This document shows, piece after piece, positions 19,778 to 28,778 of a stretch of 64,000 nt of DNA (positions are counted from its first letter, which is position 1; every line of letters begins with the position of its first letter). A program made the position numbers and the translations under genes. The stretch is from NCBI GenBank assembly GCA_965140585.1, contig OZ223266.1:79843-143842 (forward strand). Direction: 5' to 3'. The DNA comes from Spirochaetia bacterium (GTDB taxonomy: Bacteria > Spirochaetota > Spirochaetia > UBA9216). Below the pieces are notes generated by a model. The model saw only the letters and a program-made list of their open reading frames with translations. It had not been told where the DNA came from and searched no databases.

Positions 19778-19807
19778 ATAATAATGTGTAGTACACAGTA
19801 ATGTCAA
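19778..19807 (-). promoter_or_regulatory. Sigma70 promoter of padR with a palindromic operator in the spacer
   Basis: Minus strand TTGACA-N18-TATTAT-N6-ATG; TGTGTA-G-TACACA palindrome at 19785-19797. Confidence 0.7.
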
Positions 19808-19809
19808 GT

Positions 19810-19841
19810 AAAAAGAGCATCAATTGGTCAAATTGATGCTC
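19810..19841 (-). terminator. Intrinsic terminator of the glycosyltransferase gene
   Basis: GAGCATCAATT-N5-AATTGATGCTC followed by a T5 tract on the minus strand. Confidence 0.75.
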
Positions 19842-19855
19842 AGTCAGGTAAGATG

Positions 19856-20887
19856 TCAGGAAAAGACAAGGTTGAATTGTTTATTTTTAACTGGTTTAGG
19901 AGTATCTATGAAGGTCCTGATACGGTTAACCGCAGCAAGAGTAGAATCGTTGAAATTGAACATGCCCGGTTCGCTGCATGCGTAAGGAAAATTATCTATT
20001 GAAGTTAGGAATCTGCTGATGCATTTATCAGCATTATTGATATCACCGGCCAGCCCCCAGCCGGACCGCTCAAGCATAATTGCATTCAGCCGCTGCTCAA
20101 ACTGCATTTTCTGCGGGAAGGCAAGGATTGGTTTTCTGAGGTACAGAGCTTCAGAGAGCATCTGATGCCCTGCAGGAGCAATTACTCCGGTACAACCGGC
20201 CAGTGCTTCTGCAAAATCCTTTTCGGGATCCGGGAATATCCTGAAATCGATCCCGGGGAAATTCTTCAGGCAGTCGGTAAGAATTTTTCGTGATGCCTGT
20301 TTTGTATAAACCAGAAAAAAACCCTGATCAGAGACTGTTCTGCTTTTTATATCGTCTCTGATTATAGGGCCGATATCTCCGCCGTAAAAAGAGCATATAA
20401 GATCACGGTTGGCAGGAGGCATCATCAGTCTGGCTCCAATCTTTGCCGCTACAGCATCCGGCTTTATCGAAAAATATTTCAAAACTATTCCGGGGTGGTT
20501 TAGGTTCATTACCGGAATCTTCAGTCCTGAGGCGGCAATAGAAGTAAAAGGCTCAAAATCTGATATGAGCGCAGCTATTGAAAGCTCCTTCAGTTTTCTT
20601 CTGATTGTCTTTATTATTGTTCCAACATCAGCGATTTTCGGGATATTATCTGTAAAAGTTTTAATATAGTTAATTGAATGTCCCTCAATCCCGAAGTTGA
20701 GAACCGGAATATTTACAATTTCAGCATCCGGAAGATGTTCTTTAATGAATGCTGCGGTACTGTAAGGTGTGAAAATGGTAATACGGTAGTAAGGCTGAAG
20801 CTGCTGAGCCAGAGCAATAGTCCTAGCCGCGTGACCCCTTCCTTCACCGGCACAGCCGAATGCAATTGTTTTCTTTATTTCATTCAT
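19856..20887 (-). CDS. Glycosyltransferase, MJ1255/VC2487-like GT-B family
   Basis: GEGRGHAART, ISDFEP, AGHQMLSEALYLRKP, QFEQRLNA motifs. Confidence 0.85.
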   Translation of the reverse strand: MNEIKKTIAFGCAGEGRGHAARTIALAQQLQPYYRITIFTPYSTAAFIKEHLPDAEIVNIPVLNFGIEGHSINYIKTFTDNIPKIADVGTIIKTIRRKLKELSIAALISDFEPFTSIAASGLKIPVMNLNHPGIVLKYFSIKPDAVAAKIGARLMMPPANRDLICSFYGGDIGPIIRDDIKSRTVSDQGFFLVYTKQASRKILTDCLKNFPGIDFRIFPDPEKDFAEALAGCTGVIAPAGHQMLSEALYLRKPILAFPQKMQFEQRLNAIMLERSGWGLAGDINNADKCISRFLTSIDNFPYACSEPGMFNFNDSTLAAVNRIRTFIDTPKPVKNKQFNLVFS

Positions 20888-21053
20888 AACAATTGCAGGT
20901 TAGACCTGCAGTGTTTTGAAAATGTTAAGCAGCAGTTAGTTTATAATAAATATTGTTAAATCGATTAAACAAAATTTAATATTAGAATAACTACCTGCTA
21001 ACCGAATACAGCTTAAATATCCTCAACCTTTTTTAAAAAGGGAGGAAAAGGAT

Positions 21054-22418
21054 ATGAAAAAAAAGATTACAGTTATCGGTACAGGATATGTCGGTCTGGT
21101 TACTTCAGCAGGTTTGGCTGAGCTTGGGCATCAGGTGACAGCTGTAGATGTTGACTTCGGCAGAATCCGTGAACTTAAAAAAGGAATTATCCCATTTTAT
21201 GAACCCGGACTTAAAAAGCTGGTGAGATCAGTCTTGACTGAAGGCCGGATTGATTTTACCAATGACTGTTCCAGTGCTGTGGAAAAAGCGGATGCAGTGT
21301 TTATCGCCGTGGGTACACCGCGGACAGCTGAAGGCAGAGTTGATCTGCGTCAGATAAATAAGGCTGTGGACAGTGTTGTAGAAAATATTTCCGATTATAA
21401 AACGATAGTCATAAAATCAACGGTTCCTCCCGGCACTTCATTGCGGCTGAAGGAAAGAATCCTCTTTGAGGCAGATACTAATGATTTTGACCTTGTTTTC
21501 TGTCCCGAGTTTCTCAGGGAGGGAACGGCTGTACGTGATTTCTTTTATCCGGACCGGATTGTATTCGGAGCAGATTCTGAACGGGCTTTCAGGGAAATGA
21601 ATGAGATATACTTTCCAATCATTTCAAGAGAAGTTCCGGTTCTCAAATGCAGCCAGTCTTCGGCGGAGCTTATTAAATACGGTAGCAATGTAATGCTGGC
21701 TGCAAGGGTAGCGGTTATCAATGAACTTGCAGAGATTTCTGAAGCGGTGTCAGCTGATATTGAAGAAGTATCGGCCGGAATAGGGATGGATAAGAGAATA
21801 GGTCCCGATTTTCTGAAGGCCGGTCCCGGGTTTGGAGGAAGCTGCTTTGGAAAAGATATTGAGGGGCTGGTTTCTACAGCTTCAAAAGTAGATTTGAATC
21901 TCAGCTTAATCAGTGAGATCACAGTCTCAAATGACAGACAGAAACGCCGGGTCGTATCTATGCTTTCAGGCCTTGCCGGCGGACTTGTTAAAGGAAAAAC
22001 TATTACAGTGCTGGGACTTTCCTTCAAGGAAGATACCGATGATGTCAGGGATTCTTCTGCTTTTCCCGTAATTTCTGAACTTCTGAATGCCGGGGCTTTT
22101 GTTCAGGCTCATGATCCTGAGGCTTCAATTAACTTTGCTGCAGAGCTGCAGGATAAACGTGTGACCTACTTCGAAACAGCGGAAGAGGCTCTCTCCGGGG
22201 CCGACGCAGTCATACTGCTGACTGCCTGGGATGAGTACAGGGATATTGATGCCGAAAAAGCCGGAACTCTTATGAATGACAGAATTGTTGTTGATGCAAG
22301 GAACTTTCTTGATAAAGAGGCCTTTCGTAAAGCCGGATTTAAATTCCAGGCTGTCGGATCCTGTGCTGCATTAGGACGGCAGCATGTACCGGAACCCGAA
22401 ATACTCAGCGTCAGATAA
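21054..22418 (+). CDS. ugd: UDP-glucose/GDP-mannose 6-dehydrogenase
   Basis: VIGTGYVGL, FIAVGTP, KSTVPPG, PEFLREG, GFGGSCFGKD, FKEDTDDVRDS motifs. Confidence 0.93.
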   Translation: MKKKITVIGTGYVGLVTSAGLAELGHQVTAVDVDFGRIRELKKGIIPFYEPGLKKLVRSVLTEGRIDFTNDCSSAVEKADAVFIAVGTPRTAEGRVDLRQINKAVDSVVENISDYKTIVIKSTVPPGTSLRLKERILFEADTNDFDLVFCPEFLREGTAVRDFFYPDRIVFGADSERAFREMNEIYFPIISREVPVLKCSQSSAELIKYGSNVMLAARVAVINELAEISEAVSADIEEVSAGIGMDKRIGPDFLKAGPGFGGSCFGKDIEGLVSTASKVDLNLSLISEITVSNDRQKRRVVSMLSGLAGGLVKGKTITVLGLSFKEDTDDVRDSSAFPVISELLNAGAFVQAHDPEASINFAAELQDKRVTYFETAEEALSGADAVILLTAWDEYRDIDAEKAGTLMNDRIVVDARNFLDKEAFRKAGFKFQAVGSCAALGRQHVPEPEILSVR

Positions 22419-22442
22419 TTTGATATAATTTTTATTTCTGGA

Positions 22443-22478
22443 AAAGGGGATATCCGGATGTTGCCGGGTATCCCCTTT
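22443..22478. terminator. Bidirectional terminator between convergent ugd and MATE genes
   Basis: AAAGGGGATATCCGG-N6-CCGGGTATCCCCTTT. Confidence 0.8.
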
Positions 22479-22482
22479 ATAA

Positions 22483-23844
22483 TCAGACCGTCTCCGCATT
22501 AGCCTCAGAATGTTTTTTCAGAAAATGCAGTACCATCAGAACTCCACCGGCTCCGCCTATAATGTTGGTGATCATTGTTGCACCGAATATTCCGGTACCA
22601 CCCAACAGCTTTCCTCCCAGAACGGCAAGAGGGATGTTCAGTATAAATGCTTTTGTTATTGTAACAACTGCGGCATACTGAGGTTTATTCAGGGCGTTGA
22701 AGCTCATGCTGGCCATGCTTGTCATGGCAAAAAATCCATAGCTTATGCTGATTATACGCAGATATGATGCTCCGGCGTTGATAACCTCCGGATGCTCATT
22801 GAATAATGAGAGTATGGGGGAGGCCAGAAACTGAAATAAAATAAACATGAGGATACCCCAGCTTATGGATGCGATGCTGGTAAAGGCGATTCCCTTTTTT
22901 ATTCTGTCAATCTGCTTTGCGCCCCAGTTCTGTCCCGTAAAAGGTGTCATGACTGCAGACATGGCCATCGGAATTATCAATATCATCATTTCAAATTTGC
23001 TTGCAGCACCATACCCGGCTACAACCTCCTTTCCGTATCCGGAGAGCAGTCTGGTAATAATACTCAGTGAAAAGGGGTTGATAGCCTGCACAACGGCAGC
23101 GGGAAATCCAACAAAAGCAATTTCCTTCCAGCTTTCAAAAGTTTTTTTCCATATTACTCTTTTGAATGACAGCAGTTTTTCTCTGAATGTCAGTATGTAC
23201 AGGGAAAAAAACATTGAGCTTACTCTGGCGAATACTGTTGCAAGGGCAGCTCCCGCGATTCCCATTTGGGGGAAGGGCCCGATGCCGAAAATCAGCAGAG
23301 GATCCAGAATAACATTAACCACCATTGAAATTATCATGTTGATACTTGGTGTCAGAGTATCGCCTGTGGCTCTGATTACATTGTTGCCTGCCATAGGGAT
23401 AACGACAAAGGGAAACCCGAAGTACCATATAAACATATACGATTTTATGAGTGGCAGGGTCTCAGGCCCTGCTCCAAGGGCTTTGAAAACGGGATCAATT
23501 GTTGAAATCCCGAGAATACCAAGAAGCAGAACTATAAGAATTGATAACATCATCCCATCTGTCGTGAGCCTTTTTACCTTGTCATGGTTTCCGGATCCTA
23601 TTGCCCTTGAAACAGTCGAGGAAAGACCTACTCCCATGCCCAGGGATACAGAATTGAGCACCATTATTACCGGGAAGGTGAAGCTCATTGCTGCCAGTTC
23701 TGTTGTTCCCAGCTGTCCTACGAAATATGTGTCAGCTGTATTGAAAGCCGACATTGCAAGGAAGCCGAAGAGCATCCCGCCTGCCATTTTAATAATTGTC
23801 GGAATTACCGGGTCTGCCGCCAGATTCAGTTTTTTTCTACTCAT
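22483..23844 (-). CDS. MATE-family efflux transporter
   Basis: DTYFVGQLG, LAAMSFTFP, NVILDPLLIFG, GIAGAALAT motifs; about 12 TM. Confidence 0.93.
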   Translation of the reverse strand: MSRKKLNLAADPVIPTIIKMAGGMLFGFLAMSAFNTADTYFVGQLGTTELAAMSFTFPVIMVLNSVSLGMGVGLSSTVSRAIGSGNHDKVKRLTTDGMMLSILIVLLLGILGISTIDPVFKALGAGPETLPLIKSYMFIWYFGFPFVVIPMAGNNVIRATGDTLTPSINMIISMVVNVILDPLLIFGIGPFPQMGIAGAALATVFARVSSMFFSLYILTFREKLLSFKRVIWKKTFESWKEIAFVGFPAAVVQAINPFSLSIITRLLSGYGKEVVAGYGAASKFEMMILIIPMAMSAVMTPFTGQNWGAKQIDRIKKGIAFTSIASISWGILMFILFQFLASPILSLFNEHPEVINAGASYLRIISISYGFFAMTSMASMSFNALNKPQYAAVVTITKAFILNIPLAVLGGKLLGGTGIFGATMITNIIGGAGGVLMVLHFLKKHSEANAETV

Positions 23845-24289
23845 TATTGTCCGCCTTCAAGTGTTGTAAAGCATTTGTTTCAACCCGTTCCAGAAGTGAA
23901 AACAGCATATCTATCTCATCGCTGTTCAGTCCTTTAGTGAGTACTGAAGTCCATTCCCTGGCCCTCAGTCTTATTTCCGGCATCATCAGCTGTACTTTTT
24001 CAGTCAGCTTGATAATATTCGCTCTGCGGTCTTCAGGATCGGTTTCTCTTCTGATTACATTATTTGAAATCATCGGTTTTATCATTCTGGAGATGCTGCC
24101 CTTATCAACCATCAGTATTTTTGCCAGTTTTTCCTGTGTCAGACCATCAGGATGTTTACCCAGTGTCATCACTATTCGAATTTGTCCCGATCCATGCAGG
24201 TCAAGATCCTTCATTGCTTCGGTAAAATACATGTTTGAATACCTGTGAACTTTGGTCATCATGTATCCAAGTGATCTATAGTTGTCCAT
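23837..24289 (-). CDS. MarR-family regulator
   Basis: TQEKLAKILMVDKGSISR...DPEDRRANIIKLT. Confidence 0.92.
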   Translation of the reverse strand: MDNYRSLGYMMTKVHRYSNMYFTEAMKDLDLHGSGQIRIVMTLGKHPDGLTQEKLAKILMVDKGSISRMIKPMISNNVIRRETDPEDRRANIIKLTEKVQLMMPEIRLRAREWTSVLTKGLNSDEIDMLFSLLERVETNALQHLKADNNE

Positions 24290-24327
24290 GCAACTATTTT
24301 ATATAATGATAGTTGTATAGTCAACTA
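24278..24327 (-). promoter_or_regulatory. marR promoter flanked by two TAGTTG-N6-CAACTA operators
   Basis: ATAGTTG-TCCATG-CAACTAT over the start codon and TAGTTG-TATAGT-CAACTA over the -35; minus strand TTGACT-N17-TAAAAT-N6-ATG. Confidence 0.8.
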
Positions 24328-24337
24328 AATGAAGGTT

Positions 24338-24376
24338 AAAAAAATTGGCTGAGCCTGATTAAATTAAGCTCAGCCA
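24338..24376 (-). terminator. Intrinsic terminator of asd
   Basis: TGGCTGAGC...GCTCAGCCA with a T-tract on the minus strand. Confidence 0.7.
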
Positions 24377-24394
24377 TGTATAATTAAAGTTTAA

Positions 24395-25513
24395 TTAAGA
24401 AAGATGCTCAAGTGCTATCTTCAGCATCCTTCTGATTGGTTCTGCTGCACCCCAGAGGAGCTGGTCGCCAACACTGAATGCTGTATAGTAACCGGGCCCG
24501 ATATTCATTTTTCTGATTCGTCCAACCGGTACTGTGAGAGTTCCTGTTGTTTTGGCAGGAGTGAGATCCCGGAGAGTATCTTCCTTCTCATTAGGAACAA
24601 CCTTTACCCAGTCGTTATGTGAAGCCAGTATTGATTCGATCTCTGAAACAGGAAGGTCCTTTTTCAGTTTGATTGTAAAAGCCTGACTGTGACACCTCAT
24701 TGAACCTATTCTTACGCACTGTCCGTCGATGGGAATTGGTGAATCCTGTTTTCCGAGAATCTTGTTGGTCTCTGACACACCCTTCCATTCCTCTTTTGTC
24801 TGGCCGCTGTCCATCTTCTTGTCTATCCAGGGAATCAGGCTTGCAGCAAGAGGTGCGCCGAAGTTCTCGGTGGGGAAGGAAGCTTCCCTGAGGGTTTCAG
24901 TGACAGTCTTGTCAAGCTCAAGGATAGGTGATGAATTGTCATCAAGGCTTGCACCGGGAGCATTTCCAAGAATCTGCATCTGTTTGACAAGCTCCCTCAT
25001 ATTCTTTGCGCCGGCGCCTGATGCAGCCTGGTAGGTCATTGAAGTGATCCATTCAACCAGATCATTTTCAAATAGTCCGCCGAGGGCCATGAGCATAAGT
25101 GAAACTGTACAGTTTCCGCCGATGTAGTCTTTTATTCCTGTTTTAAGTCCGTTATCGATTACATTCCTGTTGACAGGATCCAGAACAATGATGCTGTTAT
25201 CCTTCATCCGGAGAGTGGATGCGGCGTCAATCCAGTAGCCGTCCCATCCGGTTTTTCTAAGTTCAGGGTGGATTTTTTCTGTGTATGTGCCGCCCTGACA
25301 AGTTACAATAACATCCATTTTTGCGAGTTCTTTGAGATCGAAAGCGTCAGCGAGCGCTGGAGTTTCAACTCCGATCTCCGGGCCTTTTGCGCCAACCTGT
25401 GATGTTGAAAAAAACAGGGGCTCATATCCGGTGAAGTCTTTCTCCGTAATCATTCTTTCCATCAGGACTGAGCCGACCATGCCTCTCCATCCGATGAATC
25501 CAACCTTTACCAT
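24395..25513 (-). CDS. asd: Aspartate-semialdehyde dehydrogenase (E. coli/proteobacterial-type)
   Basis: [54 protein letters not shown]. Confidence 0.97.
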   Translation of the reverse strand: MVKVGFIGWRGMVGSVLMERMITEKDFTGYEPLFFSTSQVGAKGPEIGVETPALADAFDLKELAKMDVIVTCQGGTYTEKIHPELRKTGWDGYWIDAASTLRMKDNSIIVLDPVNRNVIDNGLKTGIKDYIGGNCTVSLMLMALGGLFENDLVEWITSMTYQAASGAGAKNMRELVKQMQILGNAPGASLDDNSSPILELDKTVTETLREASFPTENFGAPLAASLIPWIDKKMDSGQTKEEWKGVSETNKILGKQDSPIPIDGQCVRIGSMRCHSQAFTIKLKKDLPVSEIESILASHNDWVKVVPNEKEDTLRDLTPAKTTGTLTVPVGRIRKMNIGPGYYTAFSVGDQLLWGAAEPIRRMLKIALEHLS

Positions 25514-25638
25514 AAAAAAAGTCTCCTTAAAAAGAATTGTAAGATAATAATCCCGTAGAACTGATTAATTCCTGCGGGAAACCTTGAGTAAAAAACGTAA
25601 TATATTTTCAGTCTTTAGTCTATACAGGTTTTATCAGG

Positions 25639-26205
25639 TTAAATATCAGCTGCCGCACTCTGCAGGTCTTCTATACTCCAGCCCATAGTTTCAGCAGTAT
25701 CGAGTATGAGCTGAACTGCTGTTTTTGAGGCAAAACCAACAACGCCTGTACATTTTTCCGTATGTGCTCCGTCACGTTCAAAGGCTTCAAAACCCTCAGG
25801 AGTCAGCAGGTCATATTTCCGGCCGAAGATATTCTGATGGATCTCGCCGCAAATTAAACTTCCGTATTTTCCGAGCATTTTTTCACGAAAGAACCTGGTC
25901 ATTTCATTAACCAGGTTCTTGGCTTCCTGGTCGCTGTCCATGTATTCCTCTCTTCGCCCGAAAAAAAGACCGAACAGTGATATAGCCCCGGCGTAGCCTC
26001 CGCAGATTCCGTCGCACTTTTTTCCGCCTCCGGCTGCAAAACCGGTCGCAGCTTTTACTATTACAGGAGCCTTGACCGACAGAGTTTCAAGCGTAGCAAG
26101 CAGTGTGCACTGCGCACATCCGCCATAGGCCTTTTCATTTTCAAATCCCAGCTTTTCCGCTTTTAAAATCAGTTCGTCTTTTGTCATCTTCATCTCCATG
26201 GGCAT
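25639..26205 (-). CDS. C-GCAxxG-C-C family putative redox protein
   Basis: GGCAQC, GFAAGGG..GICGGYAG, GSLICGEI and terminal KC; start uncertain by a few codons. Confidence 0.85.
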   Translation of the reverse strand: MPMEMKMTKDELILKAEKLGFENEKAYGGCAQCTLLATLETLSVKAPVIVKAATGFAAGGGKKCDGICGGYAGAISLFGLFFGRREEYMDSDQEAKNLVNEMTRFFREKMLGKYGSLICGEIHQNIFGRKYDLLTPEGFEAFERDGAHTEKCTGVVGFASKTAVQLILDTAETMGWSIEDLQSAAADI

Positions 26206-26266
26206 TATACCTTAAATCATTTGATTACGTGAATTAAAAGCTTATAATTAATACAGGAGGACGCTT

Positions 26267-26590
26267 ATGAATATCAGAAGATTGGCTGAATCCCCGCTGG
26301 TTTTTGAAGACCATAAAGTCCAGGGCCGTGAGATGTACGAAAGAAGCGGATGCACCGTGGTTCACCTGCTTCTTGAAGAGAATGGAGTCCTTCCGCCGGT
26401 TTCTCAGGCGGACGACACTTTCATCTATGTACTCACGGGAGAGGGTAAGGTAAGAATCGGAAACGATTCCTACACCGCAGAACCGAACATGATTATAAGA
26501 TGTCCGGTGGATGTTCCCCATGGTGCGGAAAATACAGGAAAGGAGCCGTTTTCACTGCTTATTGTGAAACTGCCCACCCGTACTCCCTAG
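26267..26590 (+). CDS. Cupin-domain protein
   Basis: FIYVLTGEGKVRIG...CPVDVPHGAENTG; AGGAGG SD. Confidence 0.85.
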   Translation: MNIRRLAESPLVFEDHKVQGREMYERSGCTVVHLLLEENGVLPPVSQADDTFIYVLTGEGKVRIGNDSYTAEPNMIIRCPVDVPHGAENTGKEPFSLLIVKLPTRTP

Positions 26591-26615
26591 CCGGAAACCC
26601 CGGCAGGTAAGTCTG

Positions 26616-27449
26616 TCAGGGTCTGCGTGATTCGCAGGGAACCTTAGTCTGGCACAGTCCGCAGCCGTAGATACCTTCCCAGTCGAACCGGCTGCCGTAT
26701 AGGGCGCTTATTCTCACCATGTCGTGCTCGTTGCATTTGTCTTTGTCGCGCAGTGCCGGAGAGTTGCCGACTGAGCCGACAGGACAGCGTTTTATGCAGG
26801 CTCCGCACTTTCCTTCTGATTCATGCAGACACCAGGCAAACGGATCGTTTCCATATTCTCTTTCATCAGCCTCAAAGACAGCCGATGTAGCTACGCTGCC
26901 AAGCCTGTGGGCAATTCCGCGGCGCGTGATCAGGCCTCCGGACAATCCGAATGTTCCATGCCCTGCGGCAAAGGCGTAATGTCTTTCTGACCACTGTGAG
27001 GCTATACCGACAGGTGTTTCTTCGATAAAACCGAATCCAGGTTCAAGTGCCGGAGCCGCTGAAGCATGACCATGCTCTTCCAGCCATGTGCATAGATTTT
27101 TTCTGATTTCCTCATTGAGATATTCACCGAAAGTCCTGGTCCATGCCCATTTAACGGAGGGGTAGAGCTTCTCAATTCGGTTGGAGATTCTTGCTTCTTC
27201 TGAAACCGGAAGACACCAGGATATTACAGTCCCTGCCTTCTCCCGCTTAAGGACATCATCAGGGCTCCAGTGAAAGCCGCCGATTATATTTTTATAGTCT
27301 GCTATAAGCGGATCATCCGCTGATGCAAACCGGACGTCAGGTTCATCAAAAACTCTGAATTCTTTTTCCATTGCCAGATGCTTTTCCGTCTCGGCTTTGT
27401 AAATTTCAAGCACCTTGATGATTACTGCTTCCCTGTCAACTGCTGTCAT
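26616..27449 (-). CDS. Epoxyqueuosine-reductase-like (QueG/RdhA superfamily) 4Fe-4S protein
   Basis: WSERHYAFAAGHGTFGLS..LIT..RLGSV, CGACIKRCP, GCGLCQTKVPCE. Confidence 0.85.
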   Translation of the reverse strand: MTAVDREAVIIKVLEIYKAETEKHLAMEKEFRVFDEPDVRFASADDPLIADYKNIIGGFHWSPDDVLKREKAGTVISWCLPVSEEARISNRIEKLYPSVKWAWTRTFGEYLNEEIRKNLCTWLEEHGHASAAPALEPGFGFIEETPVGIASQWSERHYAFAAGHGTFGLSGGLITRRGIAHRLGSVATSAVFEADEREYGNDPFAWCLHESEGKCGACIKRCPVGSVGNSPALRDKDKCNEHDMVRISALYGSRFDWEGIYGCGLCQTKVPCESRRP

Positions 27450-27455
27450 GGAAGT

Positions 27456-27484
27456 ATCATAATTCGATATTTTTCACTAGTCAA
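27456..27484 (-). promoter_or_regulatory. Sigma70 promoter giving a probable leaderless mRNA for the QueG-like gene
   Basis: TTGACT-N17-TATGAT-N6-ATG, no SD. Confidence 0.7.
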
Positions 27485-28778
27485 TCAAAGAATACAGCGA
27501 AAGCTCCATCCATGAACCCAGTTCCTCGGCAAGGGCTCCGAAGTAGGCAGCCTCCGCTTCTCTTTCTGCAAGCACGGCGTCATCCAATTCTGTATTTGAA
27601 TATTCTCCCTGTTCAAAGAGAAACTCTGCTTCGGCTTTCAGTTCTCCGGCCTGTTCCAGTTCAATCCCTGATATCTCTGTGTTGATTGCAGCGGTCTCTA
27701 TGGTGCCGGTAAGCTGCAGCAGTGACAGCTGTGCAGAAGCTTCCGCTGAATTTTTATATTCACTGCTAAGTTCAAGCTGTTTTTTCAATTCGCTCCGTTC
27801 CTCTGCATTCCAGCTGTCTGAAGTCAGGCCGATACTGACAGATGCGGAAACCTTTGCCGCTTCCTGCTGACTGAAGTCAGCACCCCCGGATGCACTAAGT
27901 TCAGGTGAGAACAGCCAGACTTCCTTCAGTTCCGCCTCAGCTGTTTTTCTGTCAATATCTGCGGAAAGTACTTCATAGCTGAAATCAGCAGAGTAATCAC
28001 TTATGTCAGTTGCTGCCTTAATCCTGGTTAGTTCAGATTCAATAGTCTGTCTGTCTGCAGGTTCTATACTTACAGCCTCCGGGGTTGTATTCAGAATTGA
28101 ATAAAGTTCATTCTCTGCGGAGTTAAGTGCCTGCGAAGCCGTATTCATTGCGGTCCTTGACTCTGACCAGTCAAGCAGGGCATCTCTAACATCATCAAGG
28201 GTAGCTTCTCCCTCATCATATCTAATGCGCTCATCTTCATAGATCTGTTTCATCAACGCCAGTCTGGACTCCGCATTTTCCTTGTCACCAAGAGCCTTCG
28301 ACCAGGACATATAAGCTGCAGCTGCATTTATCACAGTCTCGGTTACTGCATTGTTCAGGGCAATTTCAGCTTTTCTGAGACTGAGATCAGCAAGCTTGCT
28401 CTCTGATGAATGATACAGGGGGTTAATACTGACTCTGATGCTGCTGTTAAGCTGTTCGTCCACCGAGAAACTGAATCCCAGCTGATCTATAAGAGGAAGT
28501 TCAGCGTTTATTCCGGTCTCAAGCTCCGAATATTCAGATCCGGAAAAACCTGTGCTCAGTGAAATTGAACTTTCCTCCAGTTTGAATATTCCGCTAAGAC
28601 TGTTCCGAGCTTTCAGAACAGCCAGTCCTGCTTCCTTTATATCCAGGTTGCTGTTGACTGCATATTCACTCACCCCGGCAATTGTTTTCAGGCTCAGTGT
28701 TTCATTATCAGCAGAGACAGGAATTATGGCTGATGCTGTAATTACAGCAGTAAATATTATAAATTTTAGAGTTTTCAT
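27477..28778 (-). CDS. TolC-family outer membrane efflux protein
   Basis: Signal peptide, helical repeats (YAVNSNLDIKEA, RYDEGEATLDDVRDA, FEQGEYSNTEL); last gene of the exporter operon. Confidence 0.75.
   Translation of the reverse strand: MKTLKFIIFTAVITASAIIPVSADNETLSLKTIAGVSEYAVNSNLDIKEAGLAVLKARNSLSGIFKLEESSISLSTGFSGSEYSELETGINAELPLIDQLGFSFSVDEQLNSSIRVSINPLYHSSESKLADLSLRKAEIALNNAVTETVINAAAAYMSWSKALGDKENAESRLALMKQIYEDERIRYDEGEATLDDVRDALLDWSESRTAMNTASQALNSAENELYSILNTTPEAVSIEPADRQTIESELTRIKAATDISDYSADFSYEVLSADIDRKTAEAELKEVWLFSPELSASGGADFSQQEAAKVSASVSIGLTSDSWNAEERSELKKQLELSSEYKNSAEASAQLSLLQLTGTIETAAINTEISGIELEQAGELKAEAEFLFEQGEYSNTELDDAVLAEREAEAAYFGALAEELGSWMELSLYSLID

Noticed and set aside
22847-23869. 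340-aa plus-strand ORF and many other 60-160 aa ORFs antisense to real genes
   Set aside because: Shadow frames of well-supported genes (here the MATE gene), with no motifs or ribosome-binding sites
25514-25638. Lysine riboswitch upstream of asd
   Set aside because: The spacer is only about 125 nt and lacks the conserved aptamer elements
26616-27449. Respiratory reductive dehalogenase
   Set aside because: Too short, no Tat signal and no adjacent rdhB membrane anchor
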